Positions 8,231-18,900 of a stretch of 64,000 nt of DNA are shown piece after piece. The stretch comes from a virus. Lineage: Duplodnaviria; Caudoviricetes. The notes below the pieces were generated by a model, which worked only from the letters and a program-made list of their open reading frames with translations, was not told where the DNA came from and made no database searches. A program made the position numbers and the translations under genes. How positions within the stretch are numbered: the stretch's first letter is position 1; each line of letters starts with the position of its first letter. The stretch is taken from IMG/VR virus record IMGVR_UViG_3300021255_000050, positions 51,380 to 115,379 of that record. The stretch is one strand, 5' to 3'.

Positions 8231-8740
8231 TTACGCTATCTGTTGTTTCAGCAGAAAATCATTGAGCCTTGCAAGCTCATGAACGATTTGATGCATGACA
8301 TTTTGCTCCTGGAATATTTTGGCATCAGAAATAATCTCTGCGTATGATTTGCGATCACCTTTTCTCCAGGCGATAAGCAGCTTGGATGTTTCGTCGATTA
8401 GTTCTTGCCAATAGTCCATGCTAAGATCTTTTAAGTATCCAAGATCAATAGCAAGATTAATGTCAGCCTCAAGAGCTTCTAACGAATTTTGAGCTTCAAT
8501 CATATAGTCTCTCCGTTTTGTATAATCTTCATAAGTTTTTACATTGATTCGGTTTGCTTTTCGAATGTAGCGATATACATCAAGCGCATCATTTTTAAGA
8601 TCACTACCTATGATCCATCGTTGCGATTTTGGAATATGTTTTTCGCTTTTCAGCCCAGTTAATACAGTGTATGCAAGCTGCCGGGCTTTAACCGCTACTT
8701 GTAGCTTACCTTCACTCCTGTCATACTTTGGAACAGACAT
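8231..8740 (-). CDS. avd: DGR accessory variability determinant (Avd, four-helix bundle)
   Basis: MSVPK..R, helical, W..LI......LI.WRK.D motif; between VR and TR. Confidence 0.85.
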   Translation of the reverse strand: MSVPKYDRSEGKLQVAVKARQLAYTVLTGLKSEKHIPKSQRWIIGSDLKNDALDVYRYIRKANRINVKTYEDYTKRRDYMIEAQNSLEALEADINLAIDLGYLKDLSMDYWQELIDETSKLLIAWRKGDRKSYAEIISDAKIFQEQNVMHQIVHELARLNDFLLKQQIA

Positions 8741-8760
8741 ATGATTTCACTCCTTTATGC

Positions 8761-8792
8761 GTGTTCCCCACCCCTTGCGGGGCAGGGAACAC
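8761..8792 (-). promoter_or_regulatory. DGR target-recognition hairpin/cruciform downstream of VR
   Basis: Minus strand GTGTTCCC-TG-CCCC-GCAA-GGGG-TG-GGGAACAC, ~30 bp after the target stop. Confidence 0.7.
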
Positions 8793-8821
8793 TGTAATTC
8801 GATTAGAAATTCTACCGGATT

Positions 8822-10255
8822 TTAGATTGCCCAGGCCGCGGCCAGCCCGTACGCGCTGTTCGCAAGATCGCCGTAGGTGGCGCCGGAGGGGCGGACGCAA
8901 CGCACAAAGTTCGCAAGAGTCGGGTCAGGACCACGCAACCACCAAATGCGGGCAGCAGAGTTCAGCTTCTTGATTCTGTCAGCATTTGTAGCACCATTGT
9001 AGTAAGCATAAGGCACAGTCTTGCTTGTGGCAGAACCATCGACGCCATAGCTGGTTTCGCTGATGCTGTTATTCTGACCGAAACCGACTTCGGTATTGCT
9101 GACAAGGAACACATAGTCTTCAGTCTCGACGAAACCGTCGCCATCGCAAGTGCCGAGAGCGTGAATCTTCTTAACCTTCTTCATAACCTTGCGCAGTGCA
9201 GGATCAATCATGGACAGGAAACCAACCATAGTTTCGACGTTGGCGGGCGGGAAATCCCACTCGTTTTGCTTGGTGAACCAGCCGGTCCCGGCGCTGTTCA
9301 GACGCTGCCGGATGTTGGACTGGTCCCAGCGGTTGCAGCCATGCGCCTGCCGCCGAGTATAGTTCATGTGTGCGGTCTTGATGCCGACATCTTCAGCGGT
9401 GCAGGTGCCGAGGCTTGTGCCTTCGGGAGCATCAATGGTTTCCAGCTGCTCAATCTGAATAAAGTTGGGACCGTAGGTAATAAACTTACCAGCCAGAAGA
9501 GCTGCGCGGGTATAGGTGTTATCGGACCGATATACACCGAGGGTGCTGTGACGAACATAGCCGCCAGCAGGAACGTCCTGCGTTGGAGTGAAACCAATCG
9601 TACCATCCTGGCTGGTGGAGTTGTTGTAGGCGCCCTTCAGCACTTCGATGGTATAGGTGGTGCCGGAGGTAAGGCCGCTGGGATAATCGGTCGGATCAAC
9701 ATAGAAGAGAGCTTCCGGCGCGTCAAATTGCATATTCTGCAGGCAGTTCAGCATCTGCATAGTCATGCTGTGCTTGAACTCAGAGTTCGCTGGGGTGTCG
9801 TAATCGTGGTCCAGCACAACAACTTCAACGGAGTTGTCGGTTTCGGTAACAACGATCGTATCGTTAGCATCGGGGGTGCCTTCGAAGGTAATACCGTACT
9901 CAGCGATGTTCACGGAGTTGCCGTTGAGCTTCCACACAACACCATCGTAAACGAACTCGTAGATCTTGTTCGCTACTTCGCCGGCAGCCTGAATGAATAG
10001 CACTTCGTTCACGGCGACACTGGCGATGCTGGAGCTTGTGGTGGTGACGGCCATGCCGGCTTCGATCTCAACGGTTTCGATGGTGCCGGTAGGCATAGCC
10101 TTGGCGCCGAGGCCCATATCAACGAGGTTGCGCTGGCCAGCGAAGTTGATCTTCTGGTCCACGCCACCGGCCTGTGCAATGGCGATCACATTCAGCGCAT
10201 TTACGATTTCATGACCAGTGCTGTCAAGAATGATAGGGTTAGTAATTTCGGACAT
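8822..10255 (-). CDS. DGR target tail-fibre/receptor-binding protein (DUF6273-like, C-type-lectin fold)
   Basis: NRWDQSNIRQRLN, TED.VFL.S..EV and WWLRGP motifs; VR at the C-terminus. Confidence 0.88.
   Translation of the reverse strand: MSEITNPIILDSTGHEIVNALNVIAIAQAGGVDQKINFAGQRNLVDMGLGAKAMPTGTIETVEIEAGMAVTTTSSSIASVAVNEVLFIQAAGEVANKIYEFVYDGVVWKLNGNSVNIAEYGITFEGTPDANDTIVVTETDNSVEVVVLDHDYDTPANSEFKHSMTMQMLNCLQNMQFDAPEALFYVDPTDYPSGLTSGTTYTIEVLKGAYNNSTSQDGTIGFTPTQDVPAGGYVRHSTLGVYRSDNTYTRAALLAGKFITYGPNFIQIEQLETIDAPEGTSLGTCTAEDVGIKTAHMNYTRRQAHGCNRWDQSNIRQRLNSAGTGWFTKQNEWDFPPANVETMVGFLSMIDPALRKVMKKVKKIHALGTCDGDGFVETEDYVFLVSNTEVGFGQNNSISETSYGVDGSATSKTVPYAYYNGATNADRIKKLNSAARIWWLRGPDPTLANFVRCVRPSGATYGDLANSAYGLAAAWAI
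8831..8958 (-). repeat. DGR variable repeat (VR)
   Basis: Aligns ungapped to TR; encodes the C-terminal IWWLRGP...AAAW. Confidence 0.95.
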
Positions 10256-10269
10256 ATAAAAACACTTCC

Positions 10270-10545
10270 TTATACAGAATAGGTAATACAAACACGCCCA
10301 TCGACGATGGACAGGTTTAGCTTTTCCAGTGCGGTAGTGCGCTCTTCTACAGCGCTGACCACATCTTCTTCGGCGACCAACCGATCGTCGAGGTTTGCTG
10401 TATCTTCTTTCAATTGTGCGACATCTGCCTTCATATCAATAAATTCCTGCGTTTTCTCCGCAGGAACGAGATGCCCTATAGCTTCTACAATTTTGCGACC
10501 AGTGGAGTCCAAAAGAATAGGATCACTATGAATCATCTTCCTCAT
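10270..10545 (-). CDS. small coiled-coil tail-fibre accessory protein
   Basis: N-terminal PILLDSTG shared with the DGR target; C-terminal LNLSIVDGRVC. Confidence 0.65.
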   Translation of the reverse strand: MRKMIHSDPILLDSTGRKIVEAIGHLVPAEKTQEFIDMKADVAQLKEDTANLDDRLVAEEDVVSAVEERTTALEKLNLSIVDGRVCITYSV

Positions 10546-10825
10546 CCTCCCTGTATCTGCAGCAAAGTTTGCCGTTGATTATTTCGAGGCCAAGGTTCTG
10601 CAGCAGCGCGTCAATGGCTGTGTATTCCGGGATAACTTCTTCAAGCAGTCCGGCCACTTTGCCATCGAGTATGTCCACAGCTTCATCGAGGTCTACGAGC
10701 TTTTGTTTTTCTTCTGGTGATGTGTGAATTGTCGCGTCAGCAATGTGAGCAGCTACGGCAGATCCAGAACCCGAGCCGCCGCTTTTTCTGGCAAGAGCAA
10801 GAGTGAGTATATCCATATGCATCAC
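10526..10825 (-). CDS. small tail-fibre accessory protein
   Basis: MDILTLALA N-terminus, HIAD..IH motif, C-terminal LGLEIINGKLC. Confidence 0.65.
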   Translation of the reverse strand: MMHMDILTLALARKSGGSGSGSAVAAHIADATIHTSPEEKQKLVDLDEAVDILDGKVAGLLEEVIPEYTAIDALLQNLGLEIINGKLCCRYREDEEDDS

Positions 10826-11016
10826 TCTCCAATAGGCTGCCAGACTCTGTTGATATCGAGCATCCAGATATTTGCGAGGTCAGCTGTATAAGCAATGCTG
10901 CCGGGAGCAAGCTTCATTTCGGCAGCATCGGGCAGATCATTTTCGCCGTCAACAAGGAGCTCAAGCAGATCAGCCAGCGCACTTTCGCCGTTTCGTTTTA
11001 CCGCGGTATAGCTCAT
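10822..11016 (-). CDS. hypothetical tail-region protein
   Basis: DLP...APGS.AYTAD...W motif; GGAGTG SD. Confidence 0.65.
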   Translation of the reverse strand: MSYTAVKRNGESALADLLELLVDGENDLPDAAEMKLAPGSIAYTADLANIWMLDINRVWQPIGE

Positions 11017-11020
11017 AACA

Positions 11021-11350
11021 TCACTCCTTCAGTACCTGGCACAGTTCGCCGTTGCTGTTAACGACGAAGCCAAGTGCTTCAAGAGCGTCTGCAAGCAGGC
11101 CATCAGCGTTCTCACGGATAGCTGCTTCGGAGTTGACAGAAGCATGAATGTTTTCGGCGACCGTGTCGTAGCCTGTGTCGAGGACGACCTTGCCAACTAC
11201 TTCATCGAGGTCTTCCTGGATTGCTGGGACGGTCGTATTAGCCAACTGCTCAATAGCTGTGGTATTGGCGGCAATCTGGTTTTCCTGCTGGTTGTGGTCG
11301 GCAGAATAGATGATGTCGCCTGGGTTGCGAATTTGTGTGTTGTAGGCCAT
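11021..11350 (-). CDS. small tail-fibre accessory protein
   Basis: GDII.SAD.N N-terminus; C-terminal LGFVVNSNGELC. Confidence 0.65.
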   Translation of the reverse strand: MAYNTQIRNPGDIIYSADHNQQENQIAANTTAIEQLANTTVPAIQEDLDEVVGKVVLDTGYDTVAENIHASVNSEAAIRENADGLLADALEALGFVVNSNGELCQVLKE

Positions 11351-11408
11351 AGAAACACTCCTTTCTATGAGTATATAAACAACTGCAGCGCGTCGAACTA
11401 CAGTACGT

Positions 11409-12938
11409 TTAGTTAGTGTTTGGGTAATTTGGATTGGCGATTATAGTCTTGATTAAATCGACAATCTCCATATCGTGTGTATACAAATTCCACTTGCCAT
11501 CTATGTAAACTACACCTTGTGCAGAAACGTAGCCATGACTGCTACTATCATAGATTGCCTTATTTTTGCTCTCGTTCGTAGGATAAGCTCCGATGCCAAG
11601 TGCAGACGTGTGATTGGTAGGGTCATATTCCATACGCATAAAAACATTTGCTGATGTAACTTTGTATGTTGTTGAAGTTGATGTTACCCGGTCCCAAGCT
11701 GTGAGCTGAATGATGTACGCAGAGCTATTATCAACTACAACATCCTGTGGATCGTTAAAGTCTCCATACTGTAACATATAATAGTTAGCAGCACTAATAG
11801 CACCTGTATGATTCTCGTCACATCCATATACTGTTGGTGACCATTCAGCGATATCTTCTCTTCTATAATGCACCATGCATAGGACAGCATTTAGTTCGTT
11901 TCCATTGGCATCTTTAATAGATGAAGCTTGTGTCAGCGTTACGTTAAAGCCGATTCTGTTTCCAGAAGCTACGGCAATATTGGGAGCACCTTCAGCACAT
12001 CTGTATGCCATGAAATAAGCCTGCGGTTTTGTATAGGCAATGAACGTATGTTGGTCTTCTGCTGCCATGCCATACTGAACTGCAACATTTCTTGAATCGT
12101 ACACAGTTATAACAAGACTCTTTACACCAGCTGTCAGGAATGTTATTTCCTCATCGACTGTGCTGGATGTACCAGTAAGATAAGTATCGGGGCCACTAAT
12201 TACCCACGACACTATATCTGCATACTCGGATGAAAGAGTAGCTCGTACATGGATACATGTATGATTTGTCAGGTAATAATCAACGCCGCTATCTGTGAAC
12301 ACGTTCTCTATAGAATACCATTTATTGTAACCACTGATAGGGCTGACAGTTGCGCCTGTATCGGTGCTATAACAATTAAGAGTAAAGCTTGCTGTGGCAC
12401 TGCATTCCTTTGTACTGTTTTTATATGCATCACACGTAACAGTAACGACAACAGAGTTGGCAGTTTTATTCGCTTTGGCAACGCTCTTAAGCCATGCTGG
12501 ATTATCAATCTGAAAGGTATAAGACTCGCCGGTCAGGCCGCTTAGATTCTGTGCATATGGTTCAACGCCTTGTGCAGACCATGTCACGACATATGTATAT
12601 GAACTCAGGCTTCCTGTCAGTGTTATAGCGCCACCTTGATTTGCATATACATCAGCAGCAGTCATAGAGATTGAGCCACCATATTCAACTTCAATACTTA
12701 CATAGCCACCGCCGGAAGTTTGACCGCCGGCAAACATCGTAATTGAATTAACAGCTCCAATATTCGTCGACAAACCACGAGATACAAGAATCTCACCATT
12801 GGTTTTATACATGTGCTGAGATTTTGCACCCTCGTTATGATATGTAACGGTTACGCTCGATACATTTGGGAAGTCCCATTTGGCAGTCTGCCATCCTAAA
12901 CCTACCCAGTGTTTATCCCATACAGTTGATCTTGCCAT
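11409..12938 (-). CDS. baseplate/minor tail structural protein
   Basis: Beta-rich 509 aa with V.DSR and Y..P....AYRC motifs; follows the tail-tip gene. Confidence 0.65.
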   Translation of the reverse strand: MARSTVWDKHWVGLGWQTAKWDFPNVSSVTVTYHNEGAKSQHMYKTNGEILVSRGLSTNIGAVNSITMFAGGQTSGGGYVSIEVEYGGSISMTAADVYANQGGAITLTGSLSSYTYVVTWSAQGVEPYAQNLSGLTGESYTFQIDNPAWLKSVAKANKTANSVVVTVTCDAYKNSTKECSATASFTLNCYSTDTGATVSPISGYNKWYSIENVFTDSGVDYYLTNHTCIHVRATLSSEYADIVSWVISGPDTYLTGTSSTVDEEITFLTAGVKSLVITVYDSRNVAVQYGMAAEDQHTFIAYTKPQAYFMAYRCAEGAPNIAVASGNRIGFNVTLTQASSIKDANGNELNAVLCMVHYRREDIAEWSPTVYGCDENHTGAISAANYYMLQYGDFNDPQDVVVDNSSAYIIQLTAWDRVTSTSTTYKVTSANVFMRMEYDPTNHTSALGIGAYPTNESKNKAIYDSSSHGYVSAQGVVYIDGKWNLYTHDMEIVDLIKTIIANPNYPNTN

Positions 12939-12951
12939 AACTCCACCTCAC

Positions 12952-15900
12952 TTACTGGCTCCACCCAAAATTAATACCTCCGTCTGAGCAGAGGAATACA
13001 GTGAGCGGAGTTGAAGTGCCAAGATTGAAACTGTTAGTGAAACTGGCTTTGGATACCATCATACCGCTCTCGCCGATATATGCGACTTCTGTTGCGTTAT
13101 TCAAAAAAGATAGCTTTGAATTTGAAAGCTGCATAGTTGTCTTTGAATCTGACTTGCCAATACTAAGACCGTCTTGGTTCTGAACGAACCATGTCAGGCG
13201 CTCGTCTAAGCCTTGGGTTCGGAACTCTGTGTACAATCTATCAGCTTCAAGCTTTGATATGGACTTGGCTATTTCTGTCATACCATTCTTATATGTATCG
13301 CTTCTGGTCACTGTCTGAATAATTGCATCGTCTTCAATTTTGATTTCGGCTTTGCTGACTCGCTTCAAAAGATTGGCTATAGTATCACCTGTCATGCCGT
13401 CATCCAAAGGGCTGCTGGAGTAATCTGTGGAATACATACCGTATTCAAGTTTGCAGTTCGCTACAAATAAAACAGGTGGTGGGACTATAGGATCAGACAT
13501 GTTGATAAAACCGTGTATGAATATTTGAACTGTATCACTTACAGCCTCAAAAGGAATATCAATACGCACATACTTTTCAAGAGAATCACCTTGCGTAATT
13601 TCAGTTATGCTTTTATTAATATATTCACCATCCGCTACCTGAATATTGACAAGTATGCTGGATAATCCTAAACCTGATACATACATGCTTAATGAGTAGT
13701 ATGCGCCGGGTTCAACAGCAATAGGTGTATGCACAGCATTAATACATGGGTCCTGAAGTATGACTCCTGTTTCCGTTGCTGTATATGCAATGACGAGAGT
13801 ATTCACGCTTTTATCAACATAATCACTAAGATTGATGAGATCTTTTTTAACTCCGGATTCTTGTAATTCTCCAGTGTCCCAGCTTATATCGTTGTTTATT
13901 TTTTCCCCAATAACAAAACCAAAAAGTTTAGATTGATCAAAAATATAACCCTGCTTGCTCCAGCCGGATGTGTCATCAATTACGCCGCTACCGTTTTCGT
14001 CAACAATACATTTAACGTTATCGCTGGTTGCTTCATAATGCGGCACTGGACCATCGACATAATATGTGAAGCCGCCGTTGATCAGGAGGTTCTCACCATT
14101 CTTCGTATTGCTGTCAGCGCTTGCACACCATGCAGAAGCAATAAGACTGTGCTCAACCATGAAGTTAGAAATTGTTACAGCTTTTTCGCTCGTGAATATA
14201 CAGACAGGTTCCTCAGGGATACCTTCGAAACTTGTATGGTATACAACGCGGTACAAATAACCGGCTTCCATGCGCAGCTCAAAGGGCTGGCCGGGAAGCG
14301 ACTGCATTGATGCTTTGTTGCACATAGCTACGAACAAACTGCCGGCTTCCTCTGACTTTGCGAGAAAAGATACAACGTAGTCGCCTTCATATGTAGCATG
14401 ACTTATTGTTGTGAAGCCAAGCGTTGTATCGGCAGGGACTGTAAAACCGTGAAATCTGTTCTTGCTGATAAGGTTCGTGCCGTCAAACATTTCTGAATAC
14501 AGGTTTTCGTGGTTCGAATATATAGTTTCAGATGTGACGGACTGCGAGATGAACCTTGGGTTCACTTCTAGAACAGCACGGGAAAGTCCGACCGTATCTG
14601 TCTCTGTATCGTCAGGATTAAATGTGAAGAGGGTAGGTATCTTGCCAAGCTCAACCTTCGGCGAACTGTAATCGACTCGATCATTGCGACCATCAATAAT
14701 TGTGATGCGAGCAATAACCATTTCGACTGTGCTTGCAAGAGTTGCTGTAGCGCTTGACCATCCACCTTCTCTATTTCCAACATCGATAACATTACCTTGG
14801 ACAGTTGTCTGTTTACCGTCATCAATAATAATAAGGTCGGCCCGTGCTTGGCTGCTTGTCGTTTTAAGGTTCACCCTGAATACGATCTTATCGGTTGATC
14901 TTTCTTTTGGGACCTCAATATAGTTCAGGTCAATCGTCTGGTTCGTGCTGTACCATCCATTCGCAGCAGCTCTCATCAGGTTAACACCGTTCGAAAACCC
15001 TTTGTCGAATATCTGTTCGTCAGCGACCAACCGCACACTCTTATTCGAGTACACGTTCAGCTCGGAACCAACAGGGGCTGCGAGCATCTCTGTGGTAATG
15101 AGACCAGCCTGAATAAGCGAGGCTCGCAAAGTCCCGCTTGTAATAAGGTCAGCCGATATACCTTCGCCTGTAGTACATGTGCGCCAGTTCCAGTCGCCGT
15201 CTTCGTTCCTGCTTGTAGCCACGCCGATGCCGGCTGAAGAAATGATGATGGCTGAAGAACCATCGACAGCTTCAAGTACGAAGTTGCCGTTGTCGTCCTG
15301 CGTCAGAGTAGATGCCACACCAGTGAGCTTCACCTTATCAAGAGAGATTTGGCCTTCAAGATTATCCGCGAGGTATTCGCCATAGTTATTGAGATAGGCA
15401 GCCCTTTTATACAGTGCGTCTTTACCGCTCATTGTATTCGACACTTCTGCTATATGTTGCATAACGTCAGCGAATGTATGAGAAGTAATCGTTGAGAGAT
15501 TCGTGTTTACTTGCAGCTGCGTCTTCCATGGTTGGTCCACGCACCACGCAAGCTTATCAACGAAAGCCCACTTGCTGATACCAATGTCATCGTCAATGAT
15601 ATGGATAGCCGATGCTGCAGTAATAACAGGGTTGATCACGTCGTTCCAGTTTGGAACAGCATCCGTGTTAATGAAGCTTATATCATATTTCTCTTCGGGC
15701 CACGCGATCTCGCGCAGCGTTTCGAGACCATCATCGTAAAGCTTCTGCTCGTCGCCGTCTACATAGTCGTTCTTTTGCATCCAGCCTTCACGATACATGT
15801 AGCCGGTCGCATCCACAAACTTCTGCAACTTATCATCGACAACAGCCTGTGCTTCTTTAACAGCATTGTAGTCGTCGATATAAACAGTGTCTGCCGTTTC

Positions 15901-18900
15901 AGCGAAGGTGGTAAGAAGCGGAATCAAACCCTTCTTAATATTCTTTTCGATGCCATCTGTTATGTATGGTTCGGCAAGTACTTCATATAACTCGTCTTCA
16001 AGAGCGAATATACGATCCGGTCCAGACAGGTGAACGTCCAAAGGTGAGTTCGTCAGTCTGCATACAGTACAATGTGTTGCGCCATACGGAACATTGAAGT
16101 AGCTGTACATTGATGTTGGATAGTTCGGATTATAACTACCCACGAGATTCTCGTCAGCGTCATAGAAGCTGATGTTATACGTTCCATGATTGATGCAGTA
16201 CATATGACCAAAAGAAACCGGTATGCCATTTGTGCAATAGTGGCCTTCCCACTCTATTGTTTCGAGATCATAAGCAAGATTCACATGCTGCGAACGAACT
16301 GCATAGCTCGGCGCCCACGATGGCTGCGGAAGCTGCTCTTCGTATGAAGCCTTAATCTTCTGGTTAATGAAGCCATCAATCGTAACAGAAAGATTACTCA
16401 GGTCAGACATCATGCTGTTCATAATGACGAGCCTGACATACATAGTCTTCTTATTCGGCTTCTCGCAGCGCGTATCAAAGATTCCACTGCTGAAGATATG
16501 GGTTTCGATATAGTTGTTGAACTGATCGTAAAGCGCAACATAGCCTGTGCTTGCGTTGACGATGTATGCTGCATCGTTGTAAACAGGAATGAAGCCGCTC
16601 GTGCTGTAGAGTGTAGTAGGTTCTTCACGCCCATCATTCAGCCATGTATCCTGCGTAACAGGTTTACCAATGGCTGCGTTAACAGGCATGTATGTAACGG
16701 AGTCGAAACCAACCTTGTGCGTGGTGTATGGATTGTCGAGGTTATCATGAGAAGTAAGCAGAGTCTTCGTATCAAATGTCAGCACAGTTCCGTTATTGAT
16801 TTCCTTCTCAGTTTCAAAGAGGAAGTAATCATCATCGGGAGAGAGCCATGCATAGTTGCCTTTGATCATTGCAGGAGTTTCGTAATTGAAACTCATGTTA
16901 ACTTTGTACTGGTACTTCTCATATATGCCAAACATCTTTGCGTTATATTCGAGGCAGTTCTTGATGACAACTGCGAAACTGTTGACCATAGAAGAGATCG
17001 AACTATTGCTATCGATGTCATTGATCTCGACCCAGTATCCATAAAGAGGAATGCCTTCTTCGGTTGTATGCTCTTCTGGATAGCTAAAGTAAAGCTTTTT
17101 TGTAGCCCAGTTGTAGAACCATGTACCCGGCCTGTTCTCAGGCATAATGCGGCCCCACATAACAGGATACCATTCTCCGTTATATAAGGAAGCAAGCGAA
17201 AACTTCAGCGACCGCATCTCCTTACCGTCTGTATATCTGTAGCGCCACGCCCATGCATATGCATCTGTGCCGGATGCTTTATCAGGATCTGGCTTTGATT
17301 CATTCAGAATGTGTACAGGATGTGTTGTTCTGACATACTTGGTCTCGGACTCCATAGTCTGGACAATACCCTTGAGCGCGATTTCGATTGCGCCAAGGTA
17401 ACCATTCGTGCTGAGTCTTGAGAAGACGTATACACGGGAGCCATTAAAGTAGTTAAGATCATGTACTTCATCTGTGCAGCTGACAATAATCTGTCCAGAC
17501 TTTCTGTCGCCTTCCATGATGTAATAACATTCATGCGTCATAAGCTCGGCAGAAACCGGGCGAATGATGTATACACAGGAAGCTTCGGCATTCAGCGGGC
17601 TGCCATCCTTCTTGAAACCATCTGTAACCGGGCGCCAAGTGAACCAGTCCTTCTCCTTCTTCATGTACTCCGAAGTGTAGTCAAGACCGGTAAAGTCAAT
17701 CGTGAGATAGTTTTTCGGGATATCAAAGTACACCTTTCTGGTGAATGAGAAAGTCGGCCCATTCTTACCTTTGTCATCCGGCCCTGCGAGCTTCACAAAG
17801 TCATTCGCACCAATTGTTTCATACAGTATGACGTTGTCCTCTGCCATCTTTGTAGTGCGATCGTCAACGAGCTTGAGAGCATCGGGAGATTCTCGCTGGT
17901 ACTTGGCAAGCTGCTGAAGATGTTCATCTTTGAATAGACCAATCTCGTCGTAGTAGGAGAAGTCCATAAGGCATGGGAAATAGTTCTGTTTCTCTATTCT
18001 CGCGACCGGCGTTGAGATATCTGTAGCCACCATAGACTGTTGCTTTTCATAAACCTTGATAGCAGTATTCTTGCTCTCAACCCATATATACATCATGGAT
18101 GCAGGATCGAGTTCGGACCATAGCAACCTCGTACCGCTGCTGATATCAAATGGAGCTGTAAAATATCTTCTTCGTTTGATGTACATGTTATCCATTGTCT
18201 CGAACGTGTACTCTGACCCCTCGACCAAATCAATGCCAATATCAAAAGCCCACTCGTTATGAGAGACTTCGTCAATATTACAGTAGCCATTAACGTAGTC
18301 ACCGTATGCACCGTAAGCATACAGGCGCGTGGTAAGGTTTTCTGTATTCAGCGTCTTGGTTATGGTCTTCACGTTCTTGCCATAGTGCAGCTCATAGATC
18401 GTATCGGCTTTGCTTGCGATCGTTTTGACGTTATCTTCCTTTGAGAATGGATTCATTAGATGCATGCTGACAGTTCGGTCCTTGCCATGATAAATTGCAC
18501 GGGCTTCGAACAGATCACACAGCTTACTGATAAGGTTGAATGCGCCAGTGCGTTCGGAAGCGACAAGTGTTCGGCGCTTTATGTTCTTGTCTACAGACTC
18601 AGGATCATTGTAGTCAATGTAGCGATGCTTCTCGAAGAATGTATCGACATCAAGCTCGCCATCAATCGTTCGAATGGACCAGTTGGTTCCTTCAAGAATC
18701 GTCTTGAGGATTTCTTCAGCCTTGCCGACATTGTTGCCTTCTGTATCGGAGAAAACGAGACCAAGGTTCTTCGTCTTCAGTAGAGCAGACACATGGTCGC
18801 AAGTCACAGTGCGGGTAGCTGACATGTTCTGGTGAACAATCTTCGGCTCAGAGATAATAAAAAAATCAGTGTCGTCGCCATCGAGGCGGCAATCACTGTC

